A DNA stretch of 32,000 nt, taken from positions 1,710,001 to 1,742,000 of the forward strand of contig CBDCNV010000002.1 of assembly GCA_965219535.1 (NCBI GenBank). The letters are read 5' to 3'. Numbering within the stretch: position 1 is the first letter of the stretch; each line of letters starts with the position of its first letter. This DNA is from Opitutales bacterium. Lineage in GTDB: Bacteria; Verrucomicrobiota; Verrucomicrobiia; Opitutales; PNEW01. This document shows, piece by piece, positions 25,906-32,000 of the stretch. The position numbers were made by a program, and so were the translations under genes. The notes beneath the pieces are model-generated. The model was not told where the DNA came from and did no database searches. It worked only from the letters and a program-made list of their open reading frames with translations.

Positions 25906-28259
25906 AATCGAGACGACATCGGTAAGATCAATAGGTGGTGTCGCTGACCGGCATTATTTAATCCCCAGGCGACGACGGTGCCATCTGATTTCAGTGCTAA
26001 ACTATGAAAGAAACCAGCCGCGACAGCGACAACATCAGATAAACCTGGTGGTACTGATGCCTGGCCACGATCATTTCTCCCCCAGGCCGTCACTGTCCCA
26101 TCAGGATTTAACCCGAGATTAAAACCTACTCCACTGGAAGCTGCAGTGAGCTGGGATAAATCCGGTGTAATGTTCGTTTGTCCATTATCATTTTTTCCCC
26201 AGCTGGTAATTCGGTTAGAAAATATACGTCGGTAACCACGCGCAACTATACTGAAATCACTGGTTTCATTTGAATTAACAGCCTTGACCCAGTAATTAAA
26301 AACGACGCCTGCTTCAGCTGTAAAGTCATCGTAGAAAGATGTGGCAATGTCGCGTTGAATGAGGAGAGCATTGCTTCTATCATTTTCAGTATTGCGATAT
26401 ATATTATAACGTGAGGCATTACTAACCTCTTGCCAAGCAACACGAATGCGATCGGTAGCCTGGCCCCTGCTCGCTCTTACGGAAAGAGGAGGATGAATCT
26501 CACCGGAAGTTAATATTGTTCCGTTATTACCCGTGGTGACAAAGACATCGGCGCCAGAAGTGACATCAAATAATACTTTTAAGGTTCCGGAATTTCGTTC
26601 TAGCCAGTTCATACCATTGGGAGAAGTGGCTATAGCCCCGGCACCACCTACGGCAGTAAATAACCCTTTGCCAAAACTTACTCCCTGATAGCTTTCATTG
26701 CCGGCTTGAAATGAATTCCAATTCATGCCGTCCGATGAAACTTGAACATTCCCGTTATCACCAACGGCAACAAAGATACCTTTCGCAAAGGTAACATCAT
26801 TTAGCCCATTTCCATTGTGATCATGTTCAGTCCAGTTAATACCATCGGTAGATGTCATGATGGACCGCTTCGTGTTTCCCGTAGCGAAATTACCGCGACC
26901 TACGGCAACGAATCGCCCGTTTCCAAATATAACACCTTCCAGACTGCTGGGGCTCTCAGCGGCTTGCACTGTCATCCAATCACCTCCATTCATAGAGGTC
27001 TGGATGATGGATCCATTGCCGACGGCGACAAAAATTTGATTCCCAAAAGTGATACTATTTAAATTTGCATTAGTTCCTGTGTTAGCTGCTGTCCACTCAA
27101 GTCCATCTGCTGAAGTTGTCAGGTTGCCGCTGCCCCCTATGGCGACAAATCTACCATTGCCCAGCGCAAGATCAGACAATGATCCAGAAATTCCAGAATC
27201 CAGAATAGACCAAGTCTTTCCATTTGCGGATGCCAGTAGTGTCCCCGAAAGTCCGACCGCAAAAAATCTGTTATTTAAAAATTCTGTGCCCAACAACCAT
27301 GCGGTCGTCCCCCTAATTTGATCCGTCCACTCAACAGTATCTGGCGAGGTGATAATTCTACCCCCGATACCAATTGAGACGAAAGAGCCGTTGTTAAAAG
27401 CAACACTTACGAGGGAACCCACATTCTCTGTTTCCCGGGGTTCCCAGAATTGAAAAGATGAAGAGGTTAAGATAACGGCTTGACTTAAGAGCGGGCCACC
27501 CCCGCCAACAGCAACAAAAGTTCCATTATTAAAGGTGATATCATTTAATGAAAGCGCGGTACCGGAACCTTGCGCAGCCCAATTAACTGCATTTCCTGAA
27601 CTTAAAATCGTCCCGTTCTCTCCTACAGCAAGAAAATTTCCATTGCCGAAAGATATGCCTCGTAACCAATTCGTTGTCCCGGAAACTTGCGGAATCCAAT
27701 TGTCACCATCGGTTGAAGAAATTATAACACCATCCATGCCAACAGCGACATAAATACCATTGCCGAAGGTAACATCGGAATATTCATGACCTTCATTGTT
27801 AACAATGCTTAAATCCCAATTCTGCGCATCGATGGAAGATAAAATTATGCCTCGACTTCCGACGGCGACAAACCGGCCGTTTCCAAAACTAATACCGTTT
27901 AATTGAATTCTCGTCCCGGATGTTTGGATGCCCCAATCTTTTCCATTTCGAGAGAATAGAATAGTCCCTTCAATGCCCACCGCAGCAAAAAATCCATTTC
28001 CAAAGGCAACAGCTTTTAATGATGCTCCCCTGTTACCGGTGACAGGAGTTATTTGTTCTTCCCAATTTTGGCCGTCGGCAGAAGTTAAGATAGTACCGGC
28101 ATTACCGACGGCAACATAAGTATCATTTCCATACGCGATTCCGGATAGGTTTTCTCCCTTGGGGATGGGATTTCTCCAGGTCCAGACTTCTTGAGCTTCT
28201 GTAAATACAAAGGGGGCAAGAAATAAAAATGCTAATAGAAATGCCGATAGTTTGCGCAT
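25875..28259 (-). CDS. N-terminal fragment of a giant secreted multidomain protein (signal peptide, 14 propeller blades, Fn3-like domain, RCC1 blades 1-3)
   Basis: 794-aa ORF with signal peptide MRKLSAFLLAFLFLAPFVFTEAQ. It has 14 repeats of the type FGNG.FVAVG..G.I..S.DG.NW, then WGKNDNGQ, WGRNDRGQ and WGLNNAGQ. After WGLNNAGQ the last 22 codons are out-of-frame junk. Confidence 0.8.
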   Translation of the reverse strand: MRKLSAFLLAFLFLAPFVFTEAQEVWTWRNPIPKGENLSGIAYGNDTYVAVGNAGTILTSADGQNWEEQITPVTGNRGASLKAVAFGNGFFAAVGIEGTILFSRNGKDWGIQTSGTRIQLNGISFGNGRFVAVGSRGIILSSIDAQNWDLSIVNNEGHEYSDVTFGNGIYVAVGMDGVIISSTDGDNWIPQVSGTTNWLRGISFGNGNFLAVGENGTILSSGNAVNWAAQGSGTALSLNDITFNNGTFVAVGGGGPLLSQAVILTSSSFQFWEPRETENVGSLVSVAFNNGSFVSIGIGGRIITSPDTVEWTDQIRGTTAWLLGTEFLNNRFFAVGLSGTLLASANGKTWSILDSGISGSLSDLALGNGRFVAIGGSGNLTTSADGLEWTAANTGTNANLNSITFGNQIFVAVGNGSIIQTSMNGGDWMTVQAAESPSSLEGVIFGNGRFVAVGRGNFATGNTKRSIMTSTDGINWTEHDHNGNGLNDVTFAKGIFVAVGDNGNVQVSSDGMNWNSFQAGNESYQGVSFGKGLFTAVGGAGAIATSPNGMNWLERNSGTLKVLFDVTSGADVFVTTGNNGTILTSGEIHPPLSVRASRGQATDRIRVAWQEVSNASRYNIYRNTENDRSNALLIQRDIATSFYDDFTAEAGVVFNYWVKAVNSNETSDFSIVARGYRRIFSNRITSWGKNDNGQTNITPDLSQLTAASSGVGFNLGLNPDGTVTAWGRNDRGQASVPPGLSDVVAVAAGFFHSLALKSDGTVVAWGLNNAGQRHHLLILPMSSRLWVVVSTVSL

Positions 28260-28445
28260 AATGTGAAAATAAAATATTATTCCGTCGCAAATTTTATAGA
28301 TATAGTAGATAATTAATAAAAAATATGGATTGAGTGTAGCGGTGAAATGTTACCGAGTCGAATATAAAGGGTGGATGCTTAATTTTATAAATGAAGAGGT
28401 TCAATTGATCGACGTTCTTGTCAGCAACGATGCTCAAAAAATAGG

Positions 28446-30797
28446 ATGAGAAATATATTAATTATTTCCCTGCTCGTGGGATTATTTCCTTTCTTCGTTT
28501 TCGGACAAAAAGAAAACAGTGTCATTGTAGCGATTGAAAATCAGGTTGATTTTGCGGTCAAGAAAGGTCCCTGGATAAAAGCGCAAGTGGGTCAGAAGCT
28601 CAACTATGGAGACAGAGTGCGGACCGGTGAGTTCAGCCGGGCCACGATTCACCTACCGAATGAGAGTGTCATGCGGATAAATGAACTCACGACGATCACT
28701 TTAAAACCGCCGAAAAAATCAACGGGAAAACCCGGCATTGATTTACGAAAAGGTGCCCTCTACTTTTTCAGTCGCAACCAACCTGATGAATATGAATTTG
28801 GCACCCCAACCGCCACCGGTGCAATTAAAGGCACTGAATTTGAACTTCATCTGGATCCAGAAGAGAACACGGTGATGACACTTTTCGATGGTGAAGTTGA
28901 TTTATCTAATGCACAAGGATCAATTGCTCTCATAAGTGGAGAGCAGGGAACAGCAAAATCGGGATTACCACCGACAAAAACAGCGGTTATTAATGCGGTT
29001 AACATTATTCAATGGTGTCTCTATTACCCCGCAGTAATTGACGTCGATGAAATTTCATTCTCACAGAATGAAATCAGTGCGTTCAGCGCATCCATAGATT
29101 CTTATCGTAAGGGTAATATACTGGAAGCGCTGGCTCGTTATCTCGCAAGTGGCGCTAAACCCGAAAGCGAAGCGAGTCGCATTTACGTGGCCGGGCTTTT
29201 CCTCGCGACGGGACAGGTCAGTAAAGCGGAAGAACTAATAGCAAAAGTAAGAAATGATAACCCGCACACCCTGGCCCTTAAAGAATTAATCAGCGCGGTG
29301 AAAGAGCCACTACCGTCTACCCATCCCGAGCCGCAATCGGCATCTCATTGGCTGGCACGATCCTATCTTCTGCAGACCCGAGGGGATTTAGAGCTGGCTT
29401 TGAAAGCCGCTCGCAATGCCATAGAGCTTTCACCTGAATTTGGTTTTGGATGGGGGAGAGTAGCAGAATTGGAATTCAGCTTTGGCCGATCAGATGCGGT
29501 CAAAGAGTCCCTGGACCTGGGTCTAAAATTAGCGCCTGAAAACGCGCAAAACCTCGCTTTGCAAGGATTTATATTAGCGGGAGACAATCAGCTTGATAGA
29601 GCGCGTGACAGTTTTGAGCAAGCCATATTCATTGATGGCGCATTGGGCAACGCCTGGTTGGGTAGAGGGCTCACCAGAATACGTGACAATGATCTCGATG
29701 AAGGGATGCAGGATCTACAGGTCGCAGCTGCAATCGAGCCAAACAGATCTTTATTACGAAGTTATCTGGCTAAAGCATTTTCCGATTCCAAGGAATTCTC
29801 TCTTGCAGCAAATGAATTGACGCTGGCTGAAATGCTAGACCCCAGTGATCCTACGCCCTGGTTTTTTTCCGCTCTATTGAATCAAAAAATTAATCGTTAC
29901 AATGTTGCGGTCACTGACTTGAAAAGATCTATGGATCTCAACGAAAACCGAAGGCTCTATCGATCTAAATTTCTTCTCGACCAGGATCAAGCCGTCCGCA
30001 GCGCGAATCTCGCTGCGATCTACAATAATGTAGGGATGAGAGAAATAAGTATTCGCGAAGCTCATCGAGCGGTGCAGAATGATTATACTAATTACTCGGC
30101 CCATCTTTTTCTTGCGAACAGTTACGATGCGCTGCGCGATCCTCGAAGATTTCAACTCCGGTTTGAAACACCGTGGGCTAATGAATTACTCTTAGCTAAT
30201 CTCCTCTCCCCGGCCAGCGCGGGAACACTTTCTCAACATGTTTCTCAGCAGGAATACACCCCTCTTTTTGAGAGACAACGTTTAGGTTTAAACGCACAAA
30301 GCACGTATCAAAGTCATGGAGAATTTCGCCAGCTCATTACTCAATACGGACTCTTTGGTGACACCAGTTATGCGGTAGATTTTGACTATCATACCTTTGA
30401 CGGGTACCGCCTGAATAATGAATTCGATCGCATTGAAGTTTTTACACAGCTCAAGCATCAATTGACAGAGCAAGGGACAGTGTTTCTACAGTTGAAATTT
30501 CAAGATTTTGATGGAGGCGATGTATCTCAGATTTGGGACAATTCTCAACTCCGACCGGATTTTCATTTCGAAGAAGAACAAATTCCGCTTGTCTTTGCGG
30601 GTTATCACCACCGGTGGTCTCCGGGAATCGACACTTTATTTCTTTTTGGACGACTTACGGATGACTTAGTCAATCGAGATCTCCAAGTTCCACAACTCAT
30701 TCTCAGCACTGATGAGGCAGGGGAGAGAGTTGTATTTCCATCAGCCGATATGGATTTTTTTATCGCAACGAATTGGAGATATACTCAGCAGAAATAA
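28446..30797 (+). CDS. FecR-domain plus TPR-repeat protein, first fragment of a gene of about 1146 codons
   Basis: 783 aa with signal peptide MRNILIISLLVGLFPFFVFGQ. The FecR-type region runs GDRVRTGEFSRATIHLPNESVMRINELTTITL...GALYFFSR...GTPTATGAIKGTEFEL and is followed by multiple TPR-like repeats. The final residues after the T7 run at 30755-30761 are out of frame. Confidence 0.8.
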   Translation: MRNILIISLLVGLFPFFVFGQKENSVIVAIENQVDFAVKKGPWIKAQVGQKLNYGDRVRTGEFSRATIHLPNESVMRINELTTITLKPPKKSTGKPGIDLRKGALYFFSRNQPDEYEFGTPTATGAIKGTEFELHLDPEENTVMTLFDGEVDLSNAQGSIALISGEQGTAKSGLPPTKTAVINAVNIIQWCLYYPAVIDVDEISFSQNEISAFSASIDSYRKGNILEALARYLASGAKPESEASRIYVAGLFLATGQVSKAEELIAKVRNDNPHTLALKELISAVKEPLPSTHPEPQSASHWLARSYLLQTRGDLELALKAARNAIELSPEFGFGWGRVAELEFSFGRSDAVKESLDLGLKLAPENAQNLALQGFILAGDNQLDRARDSFEQAIFIDGALGNAWLGRGLTRIRDNDLDEGMQDLQVAAAIEPNRSLLRSYLAKAFSDSKEFSLAANELTLAEMLDPSDPTPWFFSALLNQKINRYNVAVTDLKRSMDLNENRRLYRSKFLLDQDQAVRSANLAAIYNNVGMREISIREAHRAVQNDYTNYSAHLFLANSYDALRDPRRFQLRFETPWANELLLANLLSPASAGTLSQHVSQQEYTPLFERQRLGLNAQSTYQSHGEFRQLITQYGLFGDTSYAVDFDYHTFDGYRLNNEFDRIEVFTQLKHQLTEQGTVFLQLKFQDFDGGDVSQIWDNSQLRPDFHFEEEQIPLVFAGYHHRWSPGIDTLFLFGRLTDDLVNRDLQVPQLILSTDEAGERVVFPSADMDFFIATNWRYTQQK

Positions 30798-30997
30798 CCC
30801 AGATTTTCCAGCTCGACAAATGGACTTTTATAGGTGGACTGCGCTACCAGGATGGGGATTTTGAAGTCGAGAATCGGCTCACTGGGATTACTCTCATTCA
30901 GGAACCCTTCTTTGACGATCCGCCAGCGAATTTAAAATTTAAGGAAGGTTTCAACCGAGTAAATTTATACTTATACTCACTCTGGGAGGTGTTATAA
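30773..30997 (+). CDS. middle fragment of the FecR-TPR-barrel gene (frame is homologous from 30761)
   Basis: This frame continues the upstream protein if one T is added to the T7 run: ...DMDFF/YRNELEIYSAEITQIFQLDKWTFIGGLRYQDG. It has the alternating pattern of beta strands and ends at the in-frame TAA at 30995-30997. Confidence 0.45.
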   Translation: MEIYSAEITQIFQLDKWTFIGGLRYQDGDFEVENRLTGITLIQEPFFDDPPANLKFKEGFNRVNLYLYSLWEVL

Positions 30998-31081
30998 AAT
31001 TTAACAGTTACAGCCGGAGTCTCCTACGATAGTATAGATTATCCTTTAAATTTTTTAACTTCGCCTATTAGCAGTGGGCAA

Positions 31082-31885
31082 TTGGAGGATGACCAGGTTT
31101 CACCCAAAGTCGGGATGAATTGGGACGTAAATGATCAAATAAGTATACGTGCAGCTTATAGCCAATCTCTCGGGGGATTTAGTTTTGATCAAAGTGTACG
31201 CCTCGAGCCCAGCCAGATATCTGGTTTCACCCAGGGATTTCGCTCCCTTATTTCAGAATCCGCAGTCGGTGCGGTCCCTGCGTCCGAATTTGAAGTCGCC
31301 GGTTTAGGGATCACGCTTAATATAGATGCGCAAACTTACCTCGATCTTCATGCCACGATTCGCGAAGCTGATGTTGTGCGTTTTGATGGTGTTTTCAATG
31401 ATACCGGCAGCACATTCTTCAGGCCGGGAGTAATCCGCGAGGTTCTCAATTACGAGGAGGATAATTTTACGGTTGCGTTAAACCATCTCCTCGGGGAAAT
31501 GTGGTCTCTGGGTGTGCGTTATGAATATACGCGATCTGATCTCGACCAGATTTTTGACACTATTCCCGACGCGAATTTTAATTTTCGCTCTACCTTACAT
31601 CAGCTAAATCTTTTCGCGATTATAAATCATCCCTCAGGCTGGCACGCAAAAGCAGAAGGTAGATGGGTGAATCAAGACAATCGGGGGTTTTTACCTGATT
31701 TTGGGGACGAGGACTTTTTCCAAATTGATGCTTTTTTGGGGTATCGAGCACCCGGCCAACAGTGGCAATTAACCGCGGGAGTCGTGAATTTAACGGATGA
31801 GAATTATCGACTCAATCCCCTAAATACATTTTTGGAATTTCCACGCGAAGTAGCTTTCTGGCTTAAGTTCGATTTGAATCTATAG
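31082..31885 (+). CDS. C-terminal beta-barrel fragment of the FecR-TPR-barrel gene
   Basis: It is in the same frame as 30773..30997 and is open directly after the TAA (NLTVTAGVSYDSIDYP...). It has amphipathic strand patterns and a TonB-receptor-like terminal strand motif, VNLTDENYRLNP...FWLKFDLNL. Confidence 0.7.
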   Translation: MEDDQVSPKVGMNWDVNDQISIRAAYSQSLGGFSFDQSVRLEPSQISGFTQGFRSLISESAVGAVPASEFEVAGLGITLNIDAQTYLDLHATIREADVVRFDGVFNDTGSTFFRPGVIREVLNYEEDNFTVALNHLLGEMWSLGVRYEYTRSDLDQIFDTIPDANFNFRSTLHQLNLFAIINHPSGWHAKAEGRWVNQDNRGFLPDFGDEDFFQIDAFLGYRAPGQQWQLTAGVVNLTDENYRLNPLNTFLEFPREVAFWLKFDLNL

Positions 31886-31902
31886 AGTGTTCATTTTAGG
31901 AG

Positions 31903-32000
31903 ATGAATATTTTCAAAAATCGGTGGGCTAAATATATCTGGGGTTCGGTTCTGGTTGTGGGCATTGGATTACTTTTTATCCTTCTACCTCTGGGAAATAA
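31903..32000 (+). CDS. membrane protein, N-terminal 32 codons only (runs off window)
   Basis: The ATG at 31903 is preceded by AGGAG. The translation MNIFKNRWAKYIWGSVLVVGIGLLFILLPLGN shows a short cytoplasmic tail followed by a TM helix. Confidence 0.5.
   Translation, partial: MNIFKNRWAKYIWGSVLVVGIGLLFILLPLGN

Noticed and set aside
25930-25953. Programmed ribosomal frameshift in the RCC1 gene.
   Set aside because: The site (GGT CAG CGA) has no X-XXY-YYZ slippery heptamer, and I saw no obvious downstream stimulatory structure. The break also falls inside a propeller blade, which argues for a mutation or an error.

Overview
This looks like a chromosomal window with no transposase, integrase, rRNA, tRNA or CRISPR array. 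It is AT-rich by eye, and most start codons lack a Shine-Dalgarno motif. The gene content suggests an aquatic FCB- or PVC-group bacterium, but the lineage cannot be fixed from sequence alone. That content includes FtsX permeases starting MFDYDKWQEI, PhyH dioxygenases, xylose-isomerase-like TIM barrels and a giant propeller/RCC1 protein.

Layout, in order:
1. A partial ParA/MinD-like ATPase (minus strand), divergent from three tandem stand-alone cyclic-nucleotide-binding proteins. The third carries a TAA at codon 4.
2. Two adjacent PhyH-family dioxygenase paralogs (minus), a small hypothetical ORF and a MOSC protein.
3. A five-gene minus-strand sugar or sugar-phosphate operon: HPS/KGPDC-like, Zn-dependent dehydrogenase, TIM barrel, SDR, TIM barrel.
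4. A long plus-strand efflux operon: TolC-like, one ABC ATPase, six FtsX/MacB-type permeases in strict A-B-A-B-A-B order, a membrane fusion protein, then a closely following S9 peptidase.
5. A gene for a secreted protein of about 1440 aa (14 propeller blades, Fn3-like domain, 7-blade RCC1, Ig-like domain, unknown C-terminus), split by a 1-nt frameshift.
6. A FecR-TPR-beta-barrel gene of about 1146 aa, split by a frameshift in a T7 run and by an in-frame TAA, followed by the start of a membrane protein.

The most unusual element is the triplicated heteropair permease array served by a single ATPase, adaptor and TolC.
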